Assembly: GCA_000992165.1 (NCBI GenBank)
Contig: LBTS01000001.1
Coordinates: 705-43,406, forward strand
Direction: 5' to 3'
From: Candidatus Moranbacteria bacterium GW2011_GWC2_37_8
Lineage (GTDB): Bacteria; Patescibacteriota; Minisyncoccia; Moranbacterales; GWC2-37-73
Length of the DNA stretch: 42,702 bases
Each line of letters opens with the position of its first letter. Positions within the stretch are counted from its first letter, which is position 1. Shown here piece after piece: positions 9,154 through 18,792 of this stretch. The notes beneath the pieces were generated by a model. That model was given only the letters and a program-made list of their open reading frames with translations, ran no database searches and had not been told where the DNA came from. The position numbers and the translations under genes are program-made.

Positions 9154-10902
9154 TTATTCTTTTGTTACTCTCATAACTTCTTCCAGAGAAGTTATGCCTG
9201 ATGCAGCTTTAATAAATCCATCCTCGCCCATGGTTTGCATCCCTTTTTCTCTTGCCCGCTTCTCTATATCATCGGATGATGCGTTAGATGTAATCAACTT
9301 ACCTATTTCCTCGTCCATTTCCAATACTTCATAAATACCTTGTCGTCCTTTATATCCCTCATTTGAACATTGTTCGCAACCTTTCGGTCTGTAAAAATCA
9401 ATATTTTTCCAATTGCTTTTAGCGTTTATTTCAGAAGCAAGTTGCGGAGTATCCTTAAGCATTTTCAAGATTTCATCCATATTAAAATTCGAACTTAAGG
9501 CAGCCACATCTTTTTCGTCCAGCTTATAACTAACTTTGCATTCATTGCAAAGTTTTCGTACAAGCCTTTGACCGATAACCACATTAACTGTTGATGCCAC
9601 CAAAAATGCTTCCGCACCCATATCCAAAAGACGAGGTAGTGTTCCTGCGGCGCTATTCGTATGCAAAGTTGAAAGTACTAAATGTCCAGTCATAGCGGCT
9701 TCTACTGCGATTTGCATGGTTTCGCTATCGCGAATTTCTCCAACCATAATAATATCAGGATCTTGACGCAAAAGACTTCTAAGTGCAGCTGCAAAAGTCA
9801 TTCCGATTTTTGCATTCACTTGAGTTTGATTGACTCTCATCATGCGATATTCGACCGGATCTTCTACTGTGCTAATATTCACCTCTGTCGTGTTCAAAAT
9901 ATCCATAACAGTATACAAAGTCGTTGTTTTTCCGCTGCCAGTAGGACCAGTAACTAAAACCATTCCATTAGGACGCTTGATGTGTCTATGCACGACTTCC
10001 AAGGCATTACCAGTAAGTCCCATTTTCTCCAAAGTCAAACCTTTTGATGTTTCATCAAGCAAACGCATAACTATTTTTTCACCTTCGAAAACAGGCAGAA
10101 TACTAACACGAAATGAAATCCTGTAGCCTTCCTTTTCTATTTTAAAACGTCCATCTTGAGGCAAGCGGTGTTCATCCAATTTCAAACTAGAAAGCACTTT
10201 GATACGAGCAACCAATCCTTCCATGACTTGCCGCGGAAGGGTCATAGCGTCGTGCAAGACGCCATCAATACGATACCTTACGCGTACTTCTTTTTCATCA
10301 GGCTCAATATGTATATCACTGGCTGATTGTAAGATTGCATGCTTAAGCAAAGTATCAACAATTCGTACAATCGGAAGATCTTGCGCTATTTTTTCCAAAT
10401 CATCAGCCTCTTCGCCAACCGCAACATTGTCAGAATCTTTACTGATGATATCTCCGAATTCCGCCTTAAGACTTTTCTCATATTGCCTTAAAATTGCCTT
10501 GATACTTTCATCACTAGTTAAACATGGCACAATTTTAAGACCAGTTTTTTTTCTGATAAAATCTATTGTTTGAATATCTTCAGGATTTTTCATGGCGACC
10601 TTCAGATCATTGCCATCCTTTTCAAAAGCTACGATTCCATATTTTTTAGCAATCGGCTCTGGAATTATCTGCAAGATATCAGCCGTAATTGTTTCTTTTT
10701 CAAGATTTACATACGGAATGCCAAGTATATAAGAATAAAGTTTACGAAGTTCAGTTTCGCTAACCAATTTTTTTTCCAACAATAAATCACCCAGCTTTTG
10801 GTTGGTTTCATTAGCAAGTTTAAAATTTTCATCGACAACTGCAACTTCCAGCAAATTTGAGTCGAGTAAAAATTCCTTGAGTTGTTTATTTTCAATCCTC
10901 AT
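9154..10902 (-). CDS. pilB: type IV pilus assembly ATPase PilB (GspE family)
   Basis: Walker A GPTGSGKTTTLY, GspE-type N-terminal domain, C-terminal CxxC pair (CNEC...CEQC). Confidence 0.95.
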   Translation of the reverse strand: MRIENKQLKEFLLDSNLLEVAVVDENFKLANETNQKLGDLLLEKKLVSETELRKLYSYILGIPYVNLEKETITADILQIIPEPIAKKYGIVAFEKDGNDLKVAMKNPEDIQTIDFIRKKTGLKIVPCLTSDESIKAILRQYEKSLKAEFGDIISKDSDNVAVGEEADDLEKIAQDLPIVRIVDTLLKHAILQSASDIHIEPDEKEVRVRYRIDGVLHDAMTLPRQVMEGLVARIKVLSSLKLDEHRLPQDGRFKIEKEGYRISFRVSILPVFEGEKIVMRLLDETSKGLTLEKMGLTGNALEVVHRHIKRPNGMVLVTGPTGSGKTTTLYTVMDILNTTEVNISTVEDPVEYRMMRVNQTQVNAKIGMTFAAALRSLLRQDPDIIMVGEIRDSETMQIAVEAAMTGHLVLSTLHTNSAAGTLPRLLDMGAEAFLVASTVNVVIGQRLVRKLCNECKVSYKLDEKDVAALSSNFNMDEILKMLKDTPQLASEINAKSNWKNIDFYRPKGCEQCSNEGYKGRQGIYEVLEMDEEIGKLITSNASSDDIEKRAREKGMQTMGEDGFIKAASGITSLEEVMRVTKE

Positions 10903-11059
10903 CTGTATTTATCTTATTTTTTGTATTTGTTTTCAATATTAACCAAACGAAAATACGAATTTATACAAATTTACGAATGTACAAAATTTGTATATTTGTC
11001 CCTAGGATAAGCCTGGGGCAAATAAATTTGTAATATATTTGTAATTTGTTTGAGTTAAT

Positions 11060-11434
11060 TTATTTTATATTGAGAATCTCTTTAATCTTAGCCGTAACCT
11101 CCTCAAGCTTATAATCTGCTTTAACTAGATATGTAGTAGCGCCCATCTCCAAAGCCTTCTCAACATCTGCAATACTTCCTAAATTTGTCAAAAGCACAAT
11201 TGGAATATGTTTAGATTCTTCATTTGCCTTCACTTCCTGAAGCACCTGATAACCGTCTTTTTTAGGCAAAACAATGTCCAACAATATTAAATCTGGTTTT
11301 TCAGAAATCGCCATCTTCACTCCCTCTTCACCATCAAGTGCGCACATGACTTCAAAACTTTCCGCAGTCAGATAAGAACTCAATGCTTTTTGCAAGACTG
11401 TATCATCTTCAATAATCAATAGCCTCTTGTTCAT
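11060..11434 (-). CDS. stand-alone response-regulator receiver protein
   Basis: 124 aa, CheY-like: LIIEDD, phospho-acceptor context LILLDIVLP, LTNLG, conserved K in YLVKA. Confidence 0.9.
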   Translation of the reverse strand: MNKRLLIIEDDTVLQKALSSYLTAESFEVMCALDGEEGVKMAISEKPDLILLDIVLPKKDGYQVLQEVKANEESKHIPIVLLTNLGSIADVEKALEMGATTYLVKADYKLEEVTAKIKEILNIK

Positions 11435-11462
11435 ATTAGTGCAGTTATTGAATTAAAATAAT

Positions 11463-12434
11463 TTATGCTTTCTTGGTTTGCACGGTTGGTAAAGTGAAAT
11501 AAAATTCACTACCTACGCCTTCTTCAGACTTAAACCAAAAACTTCCACCTGATTGCTCCACAATATTCTTAGCAATATAAAGACCAAGACCTGTACCATC
11601 AGTCTTATTTTTAATTGAATTATTGCTTCTAAAAAATTTCTGAGCAATCTTAGCTTGTTCAGATCTTGGAATACCCACGCCACTATCCCTAACACAAACC
11701 TGAACCATTCCATCTTTTTCTTCTAAAAATATTTCCACCACTCCGTGTCCGTCAATGTATTTTATAGCATTAGAAACTAAGTTATCAAATGCCACCAAAA
11801 TTCTACGTCTATCGATAATTATTTCAACTGGCCTAATCGGATAAGATTCTCTCAGCTCAACATTGAATGCTTTAGCTATTACTTGCTGTGCCTCAACAGC
11901 TTCCTTAACTAAAGCACAGATATCTATCTTTTCTTTATTAAGAGCTAATTGCCCCTGGTCAATGCGTGCTACATCCAAGAGGTCGTTCACGAGCCTACCC
12001 ATTTTCTCACTGGAACGAATTATTTCATTAATAATTTCAGATTGCTTAGCATCAAGTCCTTCAGAAAATTTTGATTGCAACAGCTCTATTTCCCAGTTTA
12101 TTTCTGCAATAGGAGTTTTTAATTGATGTGATGCTACTGAAACAAATTCGGTCTTCATCTTGTTAGCCTTCGCGATTTCTTCTACAGTCTTAATTATAAG
12201 ACTTCCGATAGTAAAAAGCAGACCTGTCACCGCTAATTCGCTAAGCGCCAATATTTCCGGAGAATTATAATTTGCTGAAACGATATAAACCCCACCCATC
12301 GCAGCTATAATAACCACACCCATCGCTATAAACAAAAAACTTGGAGTTTGCCAAACCTTAATACCTAATTCGTCAGCTTGCTTGACCAGATTAAATTCAT
12401 CAAAAATTCGTTGTTTGATTTTTTGAAATTTCAT
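11463..12434 (-). CDS. sensor histidine kinase (HisKA + HATPase_c, no extracytoplasmic domain)
   Basis: H-box SVASHQLKTPI, N-box LVSNAIKY, G-boxes DSGVGIP and GTGLGL, two closely spaced TMs. Start set at MKFQ (12434) because the longer ORF runs through the ychF terminator hairpin. Confidence 0.85.
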   Translation of the reverse strand: MKFQKIKQRIFDEFNLVKQADELGIKVWQTPSFLFIAMGVVIIAAMGGVYIVSANYNSPEILALSELAVTGLLFTIGSLIIKTVEEIAKANKMKTEFVSVASHQLKTPIAEINWEIELLQSKFSEGLDAKQSEIINEIIRSSEKMGRLVNDLLDVARIDQGQLALNKEKIDICALVKEAVEAQQVIAKAFNVELRESYPIRPVEIIIDRRRILVAFDNLVSNAIKYIDGHGVVEIFLEEKDGMVQVCVRDSGVGIPRSEQAKIAQKFFRSNNSIKNKTDGTGLGLYIAKNIVEQSGGSFWFKSEEGVGSEFYFTLPTVQTKKA

Positions 12435-12498
12435 TTTGTGAATGTTTTTGTTATTATCTTTCAAGATAATTATAGCACAAAAAAGCAAAACATATAAA

Positions 12499-12533
12499 CA
12501 GCAAAACCGCTGCATGAGCTAGCGGTTTTGCTG
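12499..12533 (-). terminator. terminator hairpin downstream of ychF
   Basis: 12-bp stem CAGCAAAACCGC / GCGGTTTTGCTG. Confidence 0.6.
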
Positions 12534-12544
12534 TTTTGTATTTT

Positions 12545-12581
12545 CTAATGAAGCTAAAAGCTAACGAAGCTAATGAAGCTA
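12545..12581. repeat. intergenic word repeats, GAAGCTA family
   Basis: CTAATGAAGCTAAAAGCTAACGAAGCTAATGAAGCTA between the ychF stop and its terminator. A near-identical array occurs at 35133-35173. Confidence 0.85.
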
Positions 12582-12585
12582 TTTT

Positions 12586-13638
12586 TTACACTTTAAACTC
12601 CACAACCTCACCATCACTCATAATATAGTCTTTTCCTACGGTCTTTACAGCACCAATTTCTTTCGCCTTTCCCCAAGAACCAATTTCCAAAAGCTTATCC
12701 CACATAATAACATCAGCTCGAATGAATTTTTCTTTGAAATCAGTGTGGATTGCAGCGCCAGCCTCAGGCGCAGTAGAACCCTTTTTTATTGTCCAAGCTC
12801 GGGTTTCAATTTTTCCAGTCGTGAGAAAAGTTTCCAGCCCTAAAAGATCATACGCTTCAACAATTAATTGATTAATATTGGAAGTTAACCCCATTTCTTC
12901 GATTTCTTCTTGGCTCATTTCAATTAGTTCTTCCTCAATCTTAATATCCAATTTCACATGTCTCCTATTTTCCAGAATATCCGGCAATTTTTCATTCACA
13001 TCACTGACATTATAAACATACAGAAATGGTTTCATTGTCAGCAATTGAAATTCTTTAACAGCAATTTTAGTATTCAAATCATCCCAATCCAAATCGGCAG
13101 TATTTGCCAAAAGTCCTTTCTCTAAAACATGTTTGATTTTTTCCGCCACACTTAATTTGAACTGCGCTTCCTTATCATTCCCACGAGCATCCTTAGCCAG
13201 TTTTTCCATTCTCTTGATTACGCTTTCCAAATCAGCCAAAATAAGCTCAGTATTGATAATTTCAATATCTTCCAAAGGATCAACCTTGTTGTGAACATGG
13301 GTAATATTGGAGTTTTCAAAAACCCTGACTACCTGCGCAATAGCATCAACTTCGCGAATATTAGCCAAAAATTTGTTACCCAAGCCTTCGCCAACGCTTG
13401 CGCCCTTCACAATTCCTGCAATATCCACAAATTCAACCACTGCCGGCACGATTTTTTCAGTTTCAGACATTTCAGAAAGCTTATTCAGGCGATCATCCGG
13501 CACCTTCACCACACCAACATTCGGCTCTATGGTGCAGAATGGATAGTTGCTAATTTCAACCGGATTTTTAGTTAGAGCCTTAAAAAGCGTGGATTTCCCC
13601 ACGTTTGGCAGTCCTACTATACCTATTTGTAAAGCCAT
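12586..13638 (-). CDS. ychF: redox-regulated ATPase YchF (Obg-family GTPase)
   Basis: GIVGLPNVGKSTLFKALT P-loop, YchF coiled-coil insert and C-terminal TGS-like domain. Confidence 0.95.
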   Translation of the reverse strand: MALQIGIVGLPNVGKSTLFKALTKNPVEISNYPFCTIEPNVGVVKVPDDRLNKLSEMSETEKIVPAVVEFVDIAGIVKGASVGEGLGNKFLANIREVDAIAQVVRVFENSNITHVHNKVDPLEDIEIINTELILADLESVIKRMEKLAKDARGNDKEAQFKLSVAEKIKHVLEKGLLANTADLDWDDLNTKIAVKEFQLLTMKPFLYVYNVSDVNEKLPDILENRRHVKLDIKIEEELIEMSQEEIEEMGLTSNINQLIVEAYDLLGLETFLTTGKIETRAWTIKKGSTAPEAGAAIHTDFKEKFIRADVIMWDKLLEIGSWGKAKEIGAVKTVGKDYIMSDGEVVEFKV

Positions 13639-13929
13639 AAATAAAAGTTTATAAAGTTAGAAAGTCCATCAAGTTCATAAAGTACAATACAGCAAATCCA
13701 GGAAATAAGCAATAAAAAAAAGGACATTTATTCAACATCCCTTATGCAAGCAAAAAAATAGACGCTTAACCATATCCATATATTATACACCTAAATCAAT
13801 ATAAAGTCAACTATAACTTAGCTATTCTATTCATATCTTTACTCCCTTTCCAATTTATCGCATACATGTTATAAATACTTGATGCATTTTGCACCCATAC
13901 ATAATACACACTACCAAATACATAATACT

Positions 13930-15111
13930 ATGCTGCAAGACCACATACTCTGCCATTATGGAGAAATTGCCCTTAAAGGCAAAAACCGCAATTATTTTGA
14001 GTGGCACTTGATTGAAAATATCAAAGACAGACTTGATGCTTTTTCACCAAGCAGTTTTGAATATGTCAAAAAAATGTCGGGTGGAATTTTGATAAAATTA
14101 AATGAAAAAGGCATTGCCAACAGCTCTCTCATTGAAGATGCCCTCCAGCACACCTTTGGGATTGTAAATTTTTCATTCGCAGCCAGCGTCGAGCAAGATA
14201 TTGAAATTCTCAAAAATACCTGTTGGGAGCTTATTCAAAATGAAAATTTTGAAACTTTCCGCGTTAAAACACAACGTTCCAATAAGCTATTTCCAATGAC
14301 CAGTGAAGAAATAAATAGAAAAGTCGGCGGATTTATTTTTGATAAGTTCGAAGGAAAAAAATCAGTAAGCCTTAAAAATGCAGATTGTGAATGTTTCATA
14401 ATTATCATCAATAAGTTAGCATTGATAACCTTGCGCAAAATTCAAGGTCCAGGAGGATTGCCAATTGGAACCGGAGGAAAAGCTATGGTACTTATGTCAG
14501 GTGGGTTTGATTCCCCGGTTGCTGCCTGGTATTTACTCAAGCGCGGCGTTTCAACACGATTTGCTCACTTTCATTCAATTCCATATACTTCTCGAGAATC
14601 ATTAGAAAAAGTCACTGATTTAATAAAGGTTCTAAAAAAATTCAAATCTTCTTCTGTGATGTATTCGATTCCCTTCGCAGATGTTCAAAAAGAAATAATG
14701 ATGAAATGTCCAGCCTCACTTCGAGTTATTTTGTATCGCCGCATGATGATGAGAATTGCCGATGTTCTAGCAAAAAAAGAAAAGGCTTTGGCATTGATTA
14801 CGGGTGACAGCGTTGGACAAGTAGCATCGCAAACATTGGAAAATATTTTAGCTGTCAGCCAAGCTGCAACGTTGCCAATTTTCCGCCCTCTTATCGGAAT
14901 GGACAAAGAAGAAATTATGGAAAAAGCTCGCCAAATTGGCACTTATGATATTTCCAAGCTTCCCCATGATGATTGCTGCACGCGTCTTATGCCGAAAAAT
15001 CCTGAAACGAGAGCAAAACTTCCAGAAGTTCTTGAAGCTGAAAAAGCTTTGGATATTGAAAAAATAATTTTCGAAACAATTCAAAAAACCGAAAAAATAA
15101 TGGTAAACTAA
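13930..15111 (+). CDS. thiI: tRNA 4-thiouridine synthase ThiI (THUMP + PP-loop, no rhodanese domain)
   Basis: YGEIALKGKNR N-terminus, PP-loop SGGFDSPVAAW. Start taken at MLQDHIL (13930). Confidence 0.9.
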   Translation: MLQDHILCHYGEIALKGKNRNYFEWHLIENIKDRLDAFSPSSFEYVKKMSGGILIKLNEKGIANSSLIEDALQHTFGIVNFSFAASVEQDIEILKNTCWELIQNENFETFRVKTQRSNKLFPMTSEEINRKVGGFIFDKFEGKKSVSLKNADCECFIIIINKLALITLRKIQGPGGLPIGTGGKAMVLMSGGFDSPVAAWYLLKRGVSTRFAHFHSIPYTSRESLEKVTDLIKVLKKFKSSSVMYSIPFADVQKEIMMKCPASLRVILYRRMMMRIADVLAKKEKALALITGDSVGQVASQTLENILAVSQAATLPIFRPLIGMDKEEIMEKARQIGTYDISKLPHDDCCTRLMPKNPETRAKLPEVLEAEKALDIEKIIFETIQKTEKIMVN

Positions 15112-15127
15112 CATAAAATTCCCAACT

Positions 15128-15305
15128 AATAAAAGGTATTATACCCCAGGGCAGGCCCTGGACCCTTTGGGCCCGCGTTGCAGAGCTGCAAGATATTAGA
15201 CCTTTTGGTATCTGCGCTCCCGCCCACTTCGATACGCGAAGCGTTTCGGGCAGGCGTTCGGAAGTGAAAAATACTAATTTTTCACTTCGCTTGATACTAA
15301 AAAAT
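15128..15305 (+). repeat. GC-rich structured intergenic repeat, copy 1 (candidate ncRNA)
   Basis: Aligns end to end with 33191-33343. Carries hairpins CCAGGG/CCCTGG and a 12-bp GAAGTGAAAAAT/ATTTTTCACTTC stem (15261-15288), plus a copy-specific 36-nt hairpin insert (15219-15254). Confidence 0.8.
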
Positions 15306-15326
15306 GAGCCTTAATGGCTCATTTTT
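15300..15326. terminator. bidirectional terminator
   Basis: AAAAATGAGCC..GGCTCATTTTT between convergent thiI and the 257-aa membrane protein gene. Confidence 0.7.
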
Positions 15327-15346
15327 ACTTACAGAAAAAGGAATAT

Positions 15347-16120
15347 TTATTCTTTGCAATTTCCCTCAGATTTAACACCGCAAACACTGACTGGTTTTTC
15401 TTCTATAAACTCATCATCTTGGCAATTATTACATCTTCTAATCTCTCTGGCTCGAAATTCATATTCTCCATTCTTTTCACCTATCACCTTAATTATTTTG
15501 CCATTTTCTTCTAATTTTTTATTTTCCCATTTCACGTTTAAATCATCGACAATCCATTTTTTACCATCCTCATCCCTAACAATCAATTTTTCAGTTTCTT
15601 CATCAATATCAATAATCTTTCCTGTAAGCAGACCTTTTTCTGGTTGCAGCCAAAGTTCATTGCGCGCTCTATGCTTATATTGGTCATAAAATGGTGACAT
15701 TCTAGACATAATATTATCAGTTTGCTTCCCAAGACCTACAACATAAAAGATACTGCCAAAGACAACACTTAATGCAATACTTCCCAATACAATCCATCTT
15801 CTTCTATAGTGGTATCCAATCTTAGTGCATCTCCAATTAAAATATGCTGAAATTGCAAAAAGTATTAAAGTTAGCAGCCAAAAAAATGGTACCAGCATTA
15901 AGGCTGAATTAAGCAGACCTCCTTGCAAATGATCTACTATATCCAAATCTCCAGATTCAACGAAATGCATAATGACACTAAAAGAAAGGCTACCTAGAAC
16001 CATAGAGGCAAAAAATAAAGTCCAAAAAGCGTAACTCTTAAACAAAAAATGCCACCTTGGAACAGGCGTTATGCGGTCGCATTTAATTTTTCCAATAATA
16101 CTTTCGCTTAATTTCGTCAT
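15347..16120 (-). CDS. four-TM membrane protein downstream of the ECF sigma factor (possible anti-sigma factor)
   Basis: 257 aa with four hydrophobic segments and a soluble C-terminal domain. The anti-sigma role rests only on position after the sigma gene. Confidence 0.5.
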   Translation of the reverse strand: MTKLSESIIGKIKCDRITPVPRWHFLFKSYAFWTLFFASMVLGSLSFSVIMHFVESGDLDIVDHLQGGLLNSALMLVPFFWLLTLILFAISAYFNWRCTKIGYHYRRRWIVLGSIALSVVFGSIFYVVGLGKQTDNIMSRMSPFYDQYKHRARNELWLQPEKGLLTGKIIDIDEETEKLIVRDEDGKKWIVDDLNVKWENKKLEENGKIIKVIGEKNGEYEFRAREIRRCNNCQDDEFIEEKPVSVCGVKSEGNCKE

Positions 16121-16195
16121 CCCCGTAATAATAATTCGAATGAGCGTTGCTCAATGCAGAATCTAAATAAAATTTAACTAACAAACCAATACGAG

Positions 16196-16792
16196 CTATT
16201 CCTTGTGATTTTTAAGTGAATTCTCCTTAAATTGTTTTTTTGCTCTATTAATCAAGGTGGCCACTGTTCCCATCGGCTTTTGTAAAATATCAGAAATTTC
16301 CTTATAATCCTTTTCTTCCAAAAATTTCAAAACTAGAACTTCTCTATATCTTGAGTCTAATTGACTAATGGTTTGTCTGACTTGCTCAGCAGTATATTTT
16401 TTTTCAAGATTTCGAGCAATATCCTCTTCACTGGCTAGTATATTCAAGAGCTGCGAATCTCCCTCATAAGTCATTGTCTTAGGACGAGCTGTCACTTTTC
16501 TAAAGTGGCTGATAACTTTATTGTGCGCTATTCGATATATCCAAGATGAGAATTTCAAATTCTGATCAAAATCATTAAGATTTTTATAGGCACTCAGAAA
16601 AACATCTTGCAAAGTGTCTTCAGCATCCTCTCGAGAGCCTGCTGAAATACGCATAATATATCTTAAGAGTTTTTCTTCATATCTTTCAACAATGAAGACG
16701 TACGCATCAGGATTATCGAGTGTCCGCTGAACCAATTGCTCATCAGTCATTTCCTGAACATTATTAAGTTTTATTTCCTGACTTTTTTTCAT
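16196..16792 (-). CDS. ECF-type RNA polymerase sigma-70 family factor
   Basis: Region 2 (DAEDTLQDVFLSAYKNLNDF..WIYRIAHNKV) and region 4 (YREVLVLKFLEEKDYKEISDIL..GTVATLINRAKKQF). Start taken at MKKSQEI (16792). Confidence 0.85.
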   Translation of the reverse strand: MKKSQEIKLNNVQEMTDEQLVQRTLDNPDAYVFIVERYEEKLLRYIMRISAGSREDAEDTLQDVFLSAYKNLNDFDQNLKFSSWIYRIAHNKVISHFRKVTARPKTMTYEGDSQLLNILASEEDIARNLEKKYTAEQVRQTISQLDSRYREVLVLKFLEEKDYKEISDILQKPMGTVATLINRAKKQFKENSLKNHKE

Positions 16793-16938
16793 TATATAAA
16801 CCAGGCGCGTACAAGTATTCTTACGCAATTGCAATCAGTGTCCTTTCATACTTGCTGGTGCGCGCCCAAATTAATAGGTGACCCAATGCATTAATATCCT
16901 TTTATATCTAACATACTATACCACTCATTACTAAAAAA

Positions 16939-16961
16939 GAAAAGGCATTCCTAGCCTTTTC
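16939..16961 (-). terminator. terminator downstream of pepF
   Basis: GAAAAGGC / GCCTTTTC stem followed by a T-run on the minus strand. Confidence 0.65.
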
Positions 16962-16982
16962 TTTAATCTTTATTATTTATTT

Positions 16983-18776
16983 TTATGACTTCAAGTAAAG
17001 TTCCTTGGCCTTGCTTATATATTGCTGAATAGTTTTCATGCCGCTTTCCCAGAAATCATTGCTTTCTAAGTTTATCTCAAAAAGTGAAGCTAGCTGCTGC
17101 GGAGTTCGTGAGCCCGTATATTCAAGAAATTCGCGGTAATTTTCGATTAACTTCTGAGGATTTTCCTTCATTTTTTCAATCAGACCAAAGGCCAACAATT
17201 CGCCAAAGGCATATGCATAAACATAAAATGGCGTTGCTGTGAAATGAGCAATATACTTCCACCAATTATCATATCCTTCAGTCAACACAATGGAATCACC
17301 AAACATCTGCTGCTGCCGGCTTCTCCAAATCTGATTTATCCTCTCTTTTGATAATTCTCCCTTTTCCCTATACTCGTTATGAAAATCCTGTTCGAAACGG
17401 TACATAGAAATTTGCCGCTGAACACTGGCAAAGATGCTTTCAATCTTTTGCATGTAAAGTCCAAGCTGAACATTCTTATCATCAGAGATTGAAACCAATT
17501 TTGAAAAGGTCAGCGTTTCAGCAAAAATGCTGGCGGTCTCAGCTAAAGTGAGAGGACAATCGAAATTTACTACAGATTGTTTTCTGGAAAGATGAAAGTG
17601 GATAGCATGTCCAAGTTCATGCGCAAGCGTCATGACATCATTGGTGCTTCCCGTGAAATTCACAAAGACATATGGATGCATTTCCGGAGTTGCACATTCG
17701 CAATAAGCACCGCCCCTCTTCCCATGGGATACAGACGCATCAATCCAATTTTTATCAAAAAAATCCTGTGCAATTTCAGCAAAACGAGGATCAAATTCCT
17801 CAAAAGCACTCAGCACGATTTCCCTTGCCTCTTCAAATGAATACTTCTTGCCAGAAGTCTTCAAAGGCGCGTAACGGTCATAGTCAAATATCTTTTCTAA
17901 TCCTAAAACTTCTTTTTTAAAAACATAATACTGCTGAACTAAACCATAAAACTTCTCAACAATCCTACACATTGCTTCAATGGATTCAGGACTGGCTTGA
18001 TTTTTCAGGTGTCGGTCTTGCTCTGGAAAAGTAAATCCTCGAAGACTATCTTCAATTTTTTTATCCTCTGCCAACGTGTTCATTACGAAAGTTAAAACAT
18101 CTTCCTTTTGAATAAGTCCCTTCGTAAAAGACTTTGCTGCTTGGGCCCTGTTTTCTTGATTCTTATTAGAATAAAGGATGTTTAAAATCTCAGACTGCGT
18201 CATTTGCACAATTTTACCGTCAATTGTAAGTTGAAATTTCTGCCTGGAAAGCTCTTGATCAAACAACCTCACAAATGCCTGCCTGCCAGTCAATCCCTTC
18301 ATTTCCATTACTCGCTCTTCAGCTTCGCTCAGTCTAAATGGTTTCCACACCAACAATCTCTCAAAATAATGTTTGTAATCCACGAGCATTTCACTATCTA
18401 TCAGTCTGCTAAATACATCTTCGGAAAATTTTGTGATTTCAAGTTCAAAAAAAATTAATTCTGAAATAATTTCTGCAACTTTTGTTCTAATGTTTTGCAA
18501 AAATGCTCCATTAGCCGGCGATAATGAATCAACAGTAAATGTAAGTTCCGCATATGCTTGCGGCTTGATTGCATCCGATAAAATTGATTCGTATTCCTTA
18601 ATGATAGGGAGCAGCTGCGACGGCTCAGAAAAAGCTGCTAATTTATCTCGATATTTTTCCTTGAAATTTTTTGCACGCTTGGAAGTTTCATTAATAATCA
18701 CCTCTATCTTTGGATCACTTACCGAGGAAAATAAATCGGACAAATCCCACGATGGTATATTTTCAATATTTTTCAT
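16983..18776 (-). CDS. pepF: oligoendopeptidase F (M3B metallopeptidase)
   Basis: HELGHAIH zinc motif and M3B-like length. Start at MKNIENIPSWDLSDLF avoids overlap with alr. Confidence 0.9.
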   Translation of the reverse strand: MKNIENIPSWDLSDLFSSVSDPKIEVIINETSKRAKNFKEKYRDKLAAFSEPSQLLPIIKEYESILSDAIKPQAYAELTFTVDSLSPANGAFLQNIRTKVAEIISELIFFELEITKFSEDVFSRLIDSEMLVDYKHYFERLLVWKPFRLSEAEERVMEMKGLTGRQAFVRLFDQELSRQKFQLTIDGKIVQMTQSEILNILYSNKNQENRAQAAKSFTKGLIQKEDVLTFVMNTLAEDKKIEDSLRGFTFPEQDRHLKNQASPESIEAMCRIVEKFYGLVQQYYVFKKEVLGLEKIFDYDRYAPLKTSGKKYSFEEAREIVLSAFEEFDPRFAEIAQDFFDKNWIDASVSHGKRGGAYCECATPEMHPYVFVNFTGSTNDVMTLAHELGHAIHFHLSRKQSVVNFDCPLTLAETASIFAETLTFSKLVSISDDKNVQLGLYMQKIESIFASVQRQISMYRFEQDFHNEYREKGELSKERINQIWRSRQQQMFGDSIVLTEGYDNWWKYIAHFTATPFYVYAYAFGELLAFGLIEKMKENPQKLIENYREFLEYTGSRTPQQLASLFEINLESNDFWESGMKTIQQYISKAKELYLKS

Positions 18777-18792
18777 ATAATCTATTGTCTTA

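Noticed and set aside
12435-12515. Longer N-terminus for the histidine kinase (ORF start at 12515).
   Set aside because: The extension (MQRFCCLYVLLFCAIIIL...) overlaps the ychF terminator hairpin (12499-12533). The first in-frame ATG at 12434 gives a normal TM-first kinase.
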